From Sphagnum compactum (lineage: Eukaryota): 64,000 nucleotides of DNA. The stretch covers positions 36,632,213 through 36,696,212 of the forward strand of contig OZ234493.1 in NCBI GenBank assembly GCA_965153455.1, in the 5' to 3' direction. The notes beneath the pieces are model-generated. The model made no database searches, was not told where the DNA came from, and was given only the letters and a program-made list of their open reading frames with translations. The position numbers and the translations under genes are program-made. Position 1 is the stretch's first letter, and every line of letters begins with the position of its first letter. This document shows positions 26,527 through 39,159 of this stretch, piece by piece.

Positions 26527-27987
26527 TTATTCTACTATTAAGGAACATTTAATGTCCCTCAATTTCATGCAAATCTCATCAAACGAAGGTCGAATTTCAG
26601 GGTTTGAATGGAAACAATTTTCAAGTAAGGTGATTAAGCTTGTAGGATATTGTTTTGGAATCTTTGGTCGCAAACCATCTTTAATCTTTTGTCGCAATTC
26701 CATCATCATTGTGATTTCATAAAAAGGCAAATGACCGGTCAAAATTTCGTAACACACCATCCCAAAGCTATATACATCAACTTTGAATGGATATTTTAGG
26801 ATTTTATTAGATTCAATTGATGAGCTTATTGTAGGGCTTTCATCTTCATGTAGTTCAGGAGCCATCCAACGAGTTGTACCAACATTTTCAGTCAAGTTTG
26901 AATATGTGCAAATTGATGATCTAGTTTTGGAGAGCCCAAAATCCGCCACTTTTGCACATACATATTCATCATACTTGATGATGAGAACATTCACTGATTT
27001 CAAGTCTCGGTGCACCACCTTGTTTTGATGCAGGTAACGCATGCCTTCAGCTATTTGCAACATGATGTCCATTGCTTCAAGAAGGCCAAATGGGGCATCA
27101 AGTGTGTTATCTTTGTGCATATTTTCATGCATCAAACTTTGAAGATCCCCATTCATTAGTTCCATGATGAGGGAACAACTTTTATCATCAGTAGCATAAC
27201 AAACAAAAGGCACAATATTTGGGTGGGAAAATCTTGCAAGAAGTGACGCTTCTTGTTGAAAACTTTGCTCAATTGGTCCATTGTAGCACTTTTCTGCAAA
27301 CTTTTGTCCAAGCCAACTTATTTTGTGCACATTTGATACAGATGTTTTGTATAAAGGTTTCAATCGCTTGAGACTATCATATTTCACTTTGCATGCATCC
27401 ATCACATTCACTTCATGAGAGTCCATGCATAATCGTTTGATAAGATATTTGGCCAAAAAAACTTTTTCATCGTCATTATGATCATTTGACATAATTTGAG
27501 CCTCCAAACTAGACAAATTTTTTTGTCGATCGTGAATTGCCATTGCTGTAATAATGTTAATTTCTTCTATCTTGGTATTGTTGCTCCACGTACCAAGTTC
27601 ACACAAGAACTTCTTTGCCTGGCCATAAATGCTCTTTTGCAAAAGTGTTTTGTATAATTCCAATTCAAAAGCTAGTAACACAAAATGTTCTATTGTGTTT
27701 CCCCACATAACAACCTTTTGGATCCATTGGTCATTGCAACAATAATTCACAAGTCTTTCAATATCCTTAGCCACGTGCCAAAGGTTCTTCAAAATCTTTT
27801 CCAAGGTTTGAATGCGTTGTGGTGTCAAATTATGGATGTCTTTATGTGCATCATCCATAACCTTTTTGAGCTTATAAAGCAAGTAGCAACATTGTAATTC
27901 ATTGCTTTGTACTCGATTTTTCAATTCCATAGTGTCCTCCAAATAATGTTTGAATATGGCAATGAAATCACACGATGGCTTTGATCC
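26527..27987 (-). CDS. Terminal exon: N-terminal helical domain (MLKL/MCAfunc-like, tentative) plus TKL/Raf-like protein kinase
   Basis: FAEK, HRDLKSVN, DFG, GTTRWMAPE, DVYSFG and RPSF motifs. Splice acceptor TTAG|GGA at 27989-27988 is in frame 15 codons upstream of the TTG at 27942, with a branch-like ACTAAT upstream. Confidence 0.9.
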   Translation of the reverse strand, partial: GSKPSCDFIAIFKHYLEDTMELKNRVQSNELQCCYLLYKLKKVMDDAHKDIHNLTPQRIQTLEKILKNLWHVAKDIERLVNYCCNDQWIQKVVMWGNTIEHFVLLAFELELYKTLLQKSIYGQAKKFLCELGTWSNNTKIEEINIITAMAIHDRQKNLSSLEAQIMSNDHNDDEKVFLAKYLIKRLCMDSHEVNVMDACKVKYDSLKRLKPLYKTSVSNVHKISWLGQKFAEKCYNGPIEQSFQQEASLLARFSHPNIVPFVCYATDDKSCSLIMELMNGDLQSLMHENMHKDNTLDAPFGLLEAMDIMLQIAEGMRYLHQNKVVHRDLKSVNVLIIKYDEYVCAKVADFGLSKTRSSICTYSNLTENVGTTRWMAPELHEDESPTISSSIESNKILKYPFKVDVYSFGMVCYEILTGHLPFYEITMMMELRQKIKDGLRPKIPKQYPTSLITLLENCFHSNPEIRPSFDEICMKLRDIKCSLIVE

Positions 27988-29507
27988 CTAATTTGTTAAA
28001 ACCAACACAATACATTAGTTTATTAACTACTGGGCATAACTAATAAAACATGGGATGGTGAAGTTATAATATGTTCATCATATTGAGGTATTTATTCAAA
28101 TAATGTGCCATAATCAAGATGAATAAAATACATATTTATGTTCCATGGTTAATATTAAATGCATTCACCTATTTATGGGGTTTACTTTCATTTTTAAAAG
28201 AACATGATAGAAATAGGTTGAATGAAATAACCCATCATCCCCAACTCAAATTGTTGTCAACCTCCTCAAACAAGGTTTTATTAACCATGCATGCATTTGA
28301 ACCACATTCGTAGCTACAAAACATTATGCAATAACGTAAAATACATACATAATATGAATGGTCTTCCACCACCATTTTGGTACAAGAAATTTGAGCATTT
28401 GAGGAATTTTCCCAACCCCACACATACTATCACAAAGTGAAGATATCAATCCCTTCTTTTTGGGTCCTTTGATTTTGTAGTTTGTTCATAAAAGTTTTTA
28501 CTTGGAGATTTATTAAATAAGTCATGATGTTAATTATGCATGCAAGTTTTGTAAATGTCATTTGTGTAAAGACTATTGTAATGCCTTGATAACTTTGACA
28601 TTAATTAAATCACTTTTAGAAATGTGGATTTAAAAAAAAAAAAGATTCAAAGAACAAAATTTTATGAATTTTTTTTATAGAATATTAATGGATATTTTAT
28701 TGTTCAACATGGAATCTTCAAAATTGATTAATTATTCAACAAACATGTGTTGAACTTGCCAATGTACCATGTTATTTTTAAAAGTTTTTTTTTTCTAATC
28801 TTTATGTTTCAATTGAACAACTTGCATGTTTTAATCCCTTGCAAATGGTTCAATGTGAGATTTCCCATGTCCACATGATTAAATATGTCTTCACCTTTGG
28901 GCTTATGTATTTTAAAGGTGAAAACTTTGTGTCCACATGCTAGGAGTGAATTGAACAAGTAAGTACTTGCAAGGTGGTTATTAGTTCCAACTTGGGCTTT
29001 TGATTTCATGTTAGGTTTTTCAAGCATTTGATGTAATTACTTGTTCATTCATAAAGGTTATGATTGGATAGTTAGCAACTATTCTTAGAAAACTTAATGA
29101 TTTAAAAACCAATTATGCAACTTTTTCCAAAACTATATATGTTCGTGAACTTGACATAAATTGCATGAACATGGATGAATTGGTGAATAATTAATTTTTA
29201 TTTTTTTTGACATGACAATATTTTGACAAAGAGCTTTACATTCAAATAAATTATTGTAGGTCATTCATTTATTTTTGACAAATAATGGTTAAATAACATT
29301 CACCAAGGTGTAGATTATTTTATGTTTGTGACTAACATTAATAGAAAAAACTACGCATGTTCTTGGTTACTTGGACAAAACATTAAAAACATATGCCATG
29401 AAGAAAATGATAATAGAACATAAAATGAAAAAAATGAAAGAGGAAAGAGAATCAAATAAGGAAAAATGATTGAATAAAATAGAAATAAGCTCATGATGAA
29501 AAATTAC

Positions 29508-32354
29508 CTTAATGGGAATGGGCTTATCAAAGGTTGAGGGATCAATATTGTTACTCCTTTCTTCCAATTTTTGTTCCATGCTTATTTTGAATTGATGAGA
29601 TATTTCAAACTTCATTAGGGAAGGGTCCATTGTGGAAACAGAATCAAGTTGCTCCAATGAGTTGAATTTTTCAATAGCTTTTTTCAAGCGGCCAATAAAT
29701 GTAGGTAATATTTTCAATTTGGAGCAATCCACCAAACCAAACCTGTCAAGAGTAATCAATTGGTTGATACTTTTAGGTAATTTCCTCAACTCATGGCATC
29801 GTGACAAATCAAGTTGTTCAAGTGCAATCAATTGGCCAAGAGATGTTGGTAATTCTTTTAATTGATTACAATCTGACAAATTGAGCTCTCGAAGATTATT
29901 CAATTGGCCAATAGATGTTGGTAGTTCTTTCAATTTAGAGCACATCGATAAATCCAAATGTTGAAGATTAATCAATTGACCAATGGATGTAGGCAATTCT
30001 CTCAACTTCGAACACCCCAATAAATATAACTCTTTAAGAGCAATCAATTGACCAATAGATGTAGGTAGTTCTTTCAACTCATAACACCTTGACAAATCCA
30101 ATTTTCGAAGAACAACCATTTGACCAATAGATATATGTAATTCCCTCAATTCAGAACATCTAAATAGATCAAATTCTTGAAGAGCAATTAATTGACCAAT
30201 AGATGTAGGTAACTCTTTCAAATTTGAGCACCCCGATAAATCAAACTTTTGAAGAGCAACCAATTGACCAATCGATGTAGGTAGTTTTACCAACTCAATG
30301 CATCCTAACAAATCCAACTTTTGAAGAATAATCAATTGGCCAATAGATATAGGTAATTCTGTTAGTCGAGAGCAACCATAAAACTCAAACTTTTGAAGAG
30401 CAACTAATTGGCCAATAGATGTAGGTAGTTCCTTCAATTTAGAACACCCTGATAAATCCAACTTTTGAAGAGTAATCAATTTGCCAATTGATGAAGGTAG
30501 TTCTTCCAACTCAAGGCACCCTGACAAATCCAATTCTTGAAGGACAAGCAATTTACCAATATCCGTAGGTAGGTTTTTCACCTTAAAACACTTTGATAAA
30601 TCAAACTCTTGGAGTTTAGTTAATTGACAAATAGATTTAGGTATCTCTTCCAAATTTGAACAATTTGATAAATCAAGCTTTTGTAGGTTGACTAATTGGC
30701 CAATAGATGAAGGTAATGTTTTCAATTTTGAGCACCCTGACAAATCAAGCTCTTGGAGATTAATCAAATGGTCAATAGATGTTTGTAGCTCAATTAACTC
30801 ACAACATTTTGACAAATTCAATTTTTGAAGAACAATCAATTTGCCAATAGTTGAAGGTAGTTCCTTCAATTTGAAGCATTCTGATAAATCAAGAATTTGG
30901 AGATTTGTCAATTGATCAATAGACATAAATAATCCTTGTAACTCAAAGCATTTTGATACATTAAATTCTTGGAGAGCAACCAATTGGCCAATAGATGTAG
31001 GTAGTTTTTTCAAATTTGAACACCCTGATAAATCAAGCTTTTGAAGCATAATCAATTGACCAATTGATGTTGGTAACTCTTTTAACTTTGAACATCCCGA
31101 AAAATCCAACTCTTGGAGATTAGTTAAGCGGCCAATAGATGTAAGTGTTTCTTGTAATTGGAAGCACCTTGACAAATCAAATTCTTGGAGAGCAATCAAT
31201 TGATTAATTGATGTAGGTATCTCCTTCAAATTTGAACAACTTGACAAATTGAACTTTTGGAGACCAATTAATTGGCCAATAGATGGAGGTAGTTCTTTCA
31301 ATGTTGAGCACCCTGACATATCAAGCTCTTGAAGAGCAATCAATTGGCCAATAGATGTAGGTAGTTTTTTCAGCTCAAAACACCTTGATAAATCCAACTT
31401 TCGCAAAGCTATCAATTGGCCAATAGATGTAGGTAGTTCTTCTAATTTAGAACACCCTGATAAATCAAACTTTTGAAGGGTAATCAATTGACCGATAGAG
31501 GTAGGTAACTTTTGCAATTCTGAACATTCTGACAAATCCAACTTTCGTAATGCTATCAATTGGCCAATAGATGTAGGTAGTTGTTTTAATCCAGAACACC
31601 CTGATAAATCAAATTCTTGGAGAGTAATCAATTGTTCAATAGATGTAGGTAGTTCTTCCAATTCAGAACAATTTGATAAATCAAGTTGTTGAAAAACACT
31701 CAATTGATTAGTAAATGTAGGCAAGATTTTTAATTCCCAACAATTTGACAATTTAAGATGTTTGAGACCAATCAATTGGCTAATAGATATTGGCAACTCT
31801 TTCAATTTAGAGCATAATGACAAATCAAATTCATGAAGATTAATCAATTTGGCAATTGATGTAGGTAACCCTTTCAATTCAGAGCATTTTGATAAGTCAA
31901 ATTCATTAAGAGCAATTAATTGACCGATAGTTGTAGGTAATTCCAATAATTTAGAACACCCCGACAAATCAAATTTTTGCAAAGCAGTCAATTGGTCAAT
32001 AGATGTAGGTAAATTTTTTAAGTCGGAACACATCGACAAGTTCAATTCTTGAAGGGTAATCAGTTGGCCAATAGATATAGGTAACTCTTTCAACTTGAAG
32101 CACTTTGCCAAATTAAGCACACGCAAGTGAAAACAATGAACCAAATTGTTTGGCAATTCTTCAATCTTAGAATTTTGAAAACGTAGCCATCGCAAATAAT
32201 GTAGGTGTTGTTGATGGATGAAGCCTTCCAAAATATTTTTTGAAACTTCAGTCATGTCCAATAACCTTAAGTTGGGAAGCTTTATATTTTCAAAAAATGA
32301 TGAAGGCAATTCTTCATATCCTTTTAATGACATGCCTTCCAACCTTTGTGCGAC
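29508..32354 (-). CDS. Large LRR exon of an NLR-derived protein (34 uninterrupted 24-aa repeats)
   Basis: Consensus LQxLDLSxCSxLKELPTSIGQLIx. Acceptor GATAG|GTC at 32356-32355 and donor AAG|GTAATT at 29507, both phase 0. Confidence 0.9.
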
Positions 32355-32478
32355 CTATCACATTGAAGATTTAAACATATGAATAACACAACAGAATAAA
32401 CTCAACATTTAGATATAAATATTTCCACTATTCTTATCATAGAAAAAATTGACCAATATCTATTTCCATGGCACTAAC

Positions 32479-32880
32479 CTTTTCTTCTTGCAAAATTTGT
32501 AAATCTTCCTTTGTTGAACCCCATAATCTATTCCTTTCAATAGTTTTTGCAATCTTTTGTCCCATGTCTTCCAATTGTTGATGCATGCTTATCTCTCCAT
32601 TTTTGCTCACTTCCACAATTGATTTGTCTTTCAAGCTTTGCAATCCAATCAAGTGTGATTGAAAATCCCATATTCGAATCGCAGTAGTTTCCTTCAAACC
32701 AGAAAAGTAGCAAGCAATATCCAAAAAAATAGTTCGTTCTATCTCTTGCAAGTCATTGTAATAAGTATGCTCGCCCTTCAAAATCACATCACACCCATCC
32801 AACGCCTCTGAATTGTTCATGTCATGTGAGTTTTTGGGCCTGAACTCACATGGTTGTGGCAATGGAAGAGATGTCAATTT
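32479..32880 (-). CDS. Exon encoding the NB-ARC winged-helix subdomain (RNBS-D and MHD-like motifs)
   Basis: YNDLQEIERTIFLDIACYF and EISMHQQLEDMG. Acceptor GGCAG|AAA at 32882-32881, donor AAG|GTTAG at 32478; the 124-bp intron to the LRR exon keeps frame. Confidence 0.85.
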
Positions 32881-33431
32881 CTGCCACAATTTATACACAT
32901 CATGTATCAGCAAAGACCAAAAGTAGCAATACTACATAAACATGAAGTACATTTTATCACAAGAAAACAACCAAGGAAACAAGACATGTTTCTTATTGTT
33001 TGTGTGTGATTATATGTCCTTTGTTGAATCAATAAACTTTAACTTGATACTGGATTCAACCATAACGTTTTGCATATTCAAATGAAACTTAAAAACAAAC
33101 TCAAATACCTACCTTGGTAGCCATTAAGACATCTTCAAATTTCAAGTTTAAACAAGTCTCAAATCATTACTTTGTAAAACATGACACAATATTTTACACT
33201 CAATATTTTCACAAAGTGTAAGTAATCTTTTCATTAATTACAATTAAGTCAACTTGAATGAAAAAGAGATCATGTGATGATTAAGGTTGGAGAGATTTCA
33301 AATTCAAGGGAAAAGGGAAGACACCACGAGATTTATGTTACAATTTTTTATTGTAAAAACAGGGAGAAGGAAAAGTGAAACCAAAGTATCAAAGTGGAAT
33401 TTGAAGGTGCAACAAGGTCATCAAAACTGAC

Positions 33432-33760
33432 CTCTTGTATTTGGTCAGGTTCAAGTGATGTCAACCTATGCTCTTGAGCCAAAGAAGTATGCGTCTCGAT
33501 AAAATTGGGCTGATCAACTATCAATGGACCACCACTCTGCCCTCCTTCCAATTCTGGTTCCATAGTTATTTCCAATTGATGATGAGATGGTTTGCCACTT
33601 GTTTTTGTCCTTGGTGAAGAAGGTTCTTGGGGAACATGTTTTACCATTATGTCACTGGCATCTCTGGTGCCTTGGAAGGGCATCATGACTGGCCACTTCC
33701 AGGGTGGCCACTTCCATAAGACTTGATCGACTTCTCTGGAACCTTGGGGCTCTATTGTCC
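33432..33760 (-). other. Candidate upstream exon (low-complexity peptide), paralogous to 35366-35654
   Basis: ITMEPELEGG...IETHTSLAQEHRLTSLEPDQIQE|GTCAG aligns with ITMVEQEPKGG...IETPISSEQEHQLILLEPNPIE|GTAAC. Confidence 0.45.
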
Positions 33761-35365
33761 AACAGCAGATCCACCGAAGCAAAAAATGGCCGAAAATCCC
33801 AAACTAGAAGACAAAAGAAGACTCAAGGATCAGTGTGATCAGTACTAAAGCTCTCTCACATTTTCAATCACTACATTTTATATTGAATAGCATTGGTACG
33901 AACTTACTTAGTACTAAGTAGTTACCCACTACCTCCCCACCAATTTTATCAATTCCAGAAAGTGGGATATTCACCACTTGAGTTGCCGAGTTTTTATCAG
34001 TGTTGGCCCCCTTGGGCAGTTATTTGATTTTGTTAATGAACTTCTGTTCTGATTTCTTTATTTTTAGAAATCAAAGAACATCCTATTCTGGTTTTTTAAA
34101 CCCCTGAAAGAACTTGCAATTTTAATGAAACAACCAGTTAATCCCAGTAGTTTTGTAGAACGTTATTTGATCAGTTTTTAATTTGATTGAAAATCACAGA
34201 CATATATCAGCTTTGAGTCTTTGATTGCTTGAGAACCATGGTTATATATCTGAACACATTCTTTAATTTTTGAGAATCACAATTCTGAAATTGAAGACCT
34301 GAAACCGAGGGGGGTTTGGTAATACCCACCCAACACTGATTTCTACCAGCATTGGATAGTTCTCATGTTTGGAAAGCTGGGATTGACAAGGATAAGATAT
34401 ATGTGTGCCCTTGATTGATGGCTCTCAAAATCAAAGAACTGGTGTTGACCCTTGATTGGGGAGGTTCTAAAAAATCACAGAACTGGTTTTGACCCTTCAT
34501 TGGGATTCTTTAAAAATCAAAGAACTTAAACTGTTTGGTTTGTTGCCAGTTCTTTCATGAAAACCAACAGTTTTTTTTTATTAAAAAAAAACCTGGAACC
34601 AAAAGGGTCTGTGATGCTGGAAGTATTGAAGAACTAGAATTCTAAAAAATTTGACTAAAACTGTGATTCTAAATTTTTTTCAAGAACCCAGAACTGAAGG
34701 TTCTTTGATTTCTAATAGTTAAAAAACCCAGAACACAATTCTTCACAAAATCAAAAGAACTGTCCAACAGTGGTTTCTACCAGTGTACGAGTCTCTTTAC
34801 TCTTAAGAAGAACATCTGATTCCAGCTCTAAAAAATAAAGTAGAACTGTCACAGTTCTGGTTTCAGACATAAATAGAATCAGGATTCTGGTTCTTAATGA
34901 AATTTCATTTTGGTTTTGATATCAGATCTAAAATCCGGTTTGGTTCTTCGCAGCCCAAACTGGAACTGAGGGGTGATTACTGGTTAAACTCGGAGTAACC
35001 CCCCTTGATTCTTCAGAAACTTGTGTCTCTGTTATGATCCCGGTTCTGGCTCCATATACATAAATAGAACAGAGAACCCGATTCCAGGTCCTATAATTAA
35101 GCGCCGGTTTCAGTTCTGAAAATCAGACCAGATTCCAGTTCGGTTCTTTCTAAGGGGAACTGGCGATTCCCACCGCCAACCGTGCAACGCTGGTTTCTAC
35201 TTTCTCCCAGACAGACAACACAGTAACAAGAACCTCACGAAAACGATGGAAGTTACAGACGAAGCCACGAAGAAAGGGGCCACACAAAGGGCAGGAAACA
35301 CCGAAATGAACCAAACAAGGAGCTCTTAGCAAGAGAAGACAGCACTAAAAGGCCATCAAAGGTTA

Positions 35366-35654
35366 CCTCTATTGGGTTAGGTTCAAGCAATATCAGCTGA
35401 TGCTCTTGCTCCGAAGAGATGGGTGTCTCAATAGAACTCGGGTTATCAAGGATTGTCGAGGGATCATTGACGTTCTCCCCTCCTTTCGGTTCTTGTTCGA
35501 CCATGGTTATCTCTGACTGATGAGATCTTTCGCCAATCCAGCTGATTATGTTGAATGGGGGAGGCTCTGGTGGAATCTGTTTCCCCCAAGCGTCCTTGCA
35601 GCTAGAGGGCAGGCTCTTCATGCCCAGCTCTTCATCCCTAGGGTCCGGTTCCAT
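35366..35654 (-). other. Candidate first coding exon of the LRR-kinase gene
   Basis: ATG at 35654 preceded by a T-rich acceptor (TTTTTTTGCAG); phase-0 donor GAG|GTAAC. Confidence 0.45.
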
Positions 35655-36984
35655 TTTCCAACAACTGCTGCAAAAAAAATAATATCACAATGATATTGCT
35701 CTACGACATCACACCATACATAAGCTGCCTCTGCTCAACACAGTAGAGGTCACGAAACGTTTTCATGAAAAGAAGCTTCTGCAAACAATCACGGGCAACA
35801 AATTTCATGGTGAGCGCTGATTCTTGGCAACAATAGGAAGTGGACCGACCGAGTTTGGGGATGAAAAGGCATGCTGGTGGGAAACAGATACCTGGGAGAG
35901 TTTCGTTGGTTTTTCCTTTCGCTTCCTTGAACCAGCTTTCTCGACTAACCTATACTTCTTGCTAACAGTAGGAAGTGGACCGACCTTGCCATTAAAGCAG
36001 CTGAATTGCACATACATAAAATTTGTGTAAAGTGAAAGCGGTCATCAGCAAGCCAGTCCAGAATACGATTTGGCATGTGCAAAACCGTTACACCAGCGAG
36101 CAGCTTGAGGGCAAGCCCAGATCTACAAACATGAGAACGGATGACAATTTGGGTGTGAGTGCAGTCTCCAATCTAGATTCTAACTTGACCGAAGAGGGAG
36201 GCAGATGTGTTTCCTCGTGTTGTGGTGCACGTGGTTTGTCGATAAGGAAATTTGAGGCTATTTGGAGATTTCCACGAAACCAACTACCTTCATTTCATAG
36301 AAATAATATGGATGTGCAGTCGTCCTTTTGTCACGATGATTGCACTCCTCCCTCTGGAAAATCACTGGGAAACACTCCTCTCTGATTGCAGTGCTTGTGC
36401 CAGGGTGAACCAGCACCCATGTTGGTACCTTCACCGCTTTGAGTGATGATCGAAGCCTCTTAGTGGCCATATTTAAGCCCAGAAAATGTTAGATTTGAAC
36501 TCAGAGACCCTGAAATTTTAGTCTAAGCATGGGATATTTGTACAATTTAGAAATAATTTAAATGGATTTTGGGATATTTACCATGGTACCAACGTGGGTG
36601 CTGACGTGCTGACTCGCCCAAGGTGCCGTGCTCCATCCGCTGAATACAATGTGTCCTTCTGCTGTGAAAAAAGTCAATGTCACGATTCCAGAAATCCTTG
36701 AAAGAGGGTGGGTTCAACTTGGTAGTGATAAAGTTTTGAAGTAATTTGATTCTTTAAGATATTTTTCTCTCCTGGCAGAATGCGCCACTAATGGCCCGCT
36801 CCATGGCGTTAACTGATAGGGAACCGTTGAAAATATAGGAGGGAACACTTGAGAACAATCGGTAAAGGGGGAGGTTTTGCAGAATTAAGAAGGAAAAAAA
36901 AGCATCAACAGCCGGTCCAGAAGACAGTACAACAAATACTGACAGATACGCAATCTCATGGTCGGTGATGGGCAGGACCGGCAG

Positions 36985-37654
36985 GGCCGCAGTGAACCAG
37001 CACCCACCAGTGCACTATGAAGAATGAATGGTAAGTGGTCAGGAAACAGTTTTCTGTTGGGTTCCAGTTCCTTAGCTAACCATGGTGGTTAGCTCACTTG
37101 TTCTTTTTTCTACCTACCTACTGAAAACCCACAAGCAGGTTGTTAGTAGGTAGGTAGTAAAAACAGCCCTTACCTATTTATAAACCATCTATTTACCTAG
37201 TAGTTACCTATTTTCCTACCAATCTACTTATATATGAGACCTGTTTCCTACAGAATTGGTTACCAAGGTGAAACCAAAGAATTATTGAACCAGCACCCAC
37301 CGGTGCACCATGAAGGATGAATGATAAATGGTGTGAAAACAGTTTTCTGTTGTGTTCCAGTTCCTTAGCTAACCATGGTGGTTAGCTCACTTGTTTTTTT
37401 CACTACCTACCTACCAACAATCCACAAGCAGGTTATTAGTAGGTATCTAATAAAAACAGCCCTTACATATGGATAAACCATCTACTTACCTAGTAGTTGC
37501 CTATTTTCCTACCTACCTATGTACGAGACCTATTTCCTGCAGAATTGATTACCAAGGTGAAACCAAATGATAATTGAGTTGAGGTTCATCCACAATTGAG
37601 TAATAATGGGCATCCAGTGGATGGTGCACTGGTGGGTGCTGGTTCACTGTGGCC
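36985..37654. mobile_element. Mutator-like MITE with an internal ~293-bp tandem duplication
   Basis: ~33-bp TIR GGCC(G/A)CAGTGAACCAGCACCCACCAGTGCAC; 9-bp TSD GACCGGCAG/GACTGGCAG; internal direct repeat 36994-37280 / 37287-37570. Confidence 0.8.
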
Positions 37655-38327
37655 GACTGGCAGTTTATGCTATTTTTTTACCTATCCCATACCTTAGACA
37701 CGTGAGAGAGATTGTGATCAGATAGACATAATCTGATCAGTCCTGGACCTTAGTAGAAAGATGGGGATCCAGCTCTTTACCAGGGGCTGCACCAATTATG
37801 TCCTGCCCACTTCCTGTATCACTGTCTTCAGGTCAGAGTGAACCACCACCCACCAGCCTCCAGGGCACCATGCAGGCAGCAGGATGATAGATGGTGTGTG
37901 AACAGGGAACACTTTTTCCTTGTATCCATGTCGCAAGGCTAGCAGCAGTGGTTAACTATGTACCCATGGTGGTTAACTATGTACTAACCATTGACATGCA
38001 TCTCTCTATGTAGTAGCCACAAAGTACCTCACCTACTTTCTTCCTCCATAGAAAGCACATTCATTTGGTACTTCTCTATGATACTTATCAACTTACTACC
38101 TCAACTTACTACCTACATTATCATAAAGTATAAATTATAATGTAGGGAGTTCTCACAGGTCAAAAAAAGGTACATTCAAAGGAGTCAAAGTAATTGTAAA
38201 AGCATGACTTCCACAGTTACATTAGGTACATTGAGAATAGCTTCCAAGACTTGTAAATAACAAGTAGCTCATTGCTTGATGTCTCTGCCCTAGCACATGA
38301 TTTTTTGGTGCCAGCGAACTGGCTCTG

Positions 38328-38611
38328 GGCCATAATGAACCAGCATCCACTATTGCACCAGATGCCCAGTAATGTCTCAGTTGTGGACGAAACACAACTT
38401 AGTTAATATCTGGTTTCTTGTAGCCTATTTTATAAGAAGAAGGTCCTGTGGGTAGGGAGATAGTTAGGAAAGTAGGTGACTACCTACAACAGGAGATAAA
38501 GTGGCCTAACTACTGTTGTTACCTAGAGACTGGAACCGAACAGGAAACTGTGTGCTGACCACTCACCATCCATTCTAAGTGGTGCACTGTGGGTGCTGGT
38601 TCACTGTAGCC
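38328..38611. mobile_element. Second, older MITE of the same family, inverted; a further TIR fragment lies at ~37831
   Basis: GGCCATAATGAACCAGCATCCAC ... GTGGGTGCTGGTTCACTGTAGCC. Confidence 0.6.
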
Positions 38612-39159
38612 CCGACTTTGAATGCCGTTCCTTCCAAACCAGCTACTGTTCAAATAGGAAATACTCCTGGAAATGGGAGACTAATTGAACTCTGCATGCT
38701 TCTGTAGTCTACCCCTCAGAGGAGGAGCCGCTCAAAACAGAGAGAGCACGTGGGATGTACTTGTGACAGAACAGTAGTGGGCCCAAGCGAAATGTCAGCC
38801 AAACATGAGTAACTGACCATTACGGCCGGAGTGACCCAGCCCCCATGACTGCACCAGTTCCGTTTGGGATGAACTCAAGTTCATCCCAATTATTGGATCT
38901 CCTGCAGGCATTGAGGTTGGGTCATTTTAATTTTTTTCCCTCACTTACTTCAAAGCTACCCATTTAAAAAAAAAATTCGACTGCACAAGCATTTCAAATC
39001 CCAACTACCTACCTCCACCCCACCAAAAACCCTAAACCTCGTCGCCACTCAAACCTTACCATTGTAGTTTGTAGGAGGCGAGGAACATTGTTGTAGTCGA
39101 AATTTCAGCGTAGCTGAAGGAGCAAAGGAGCTGTTAAGTGATTAACAGTGATTAGGAAC

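Noticed and set aside
29367-29507. C-terminal transmembrane helix of the LRR ORF (receptor-like protein)
   Set aside because: The hydrophobic F/I/L tail begins exactly at a strong GTAATT donor and is T-rich intron-like sequence. Intron retention cannot be fully excluded.
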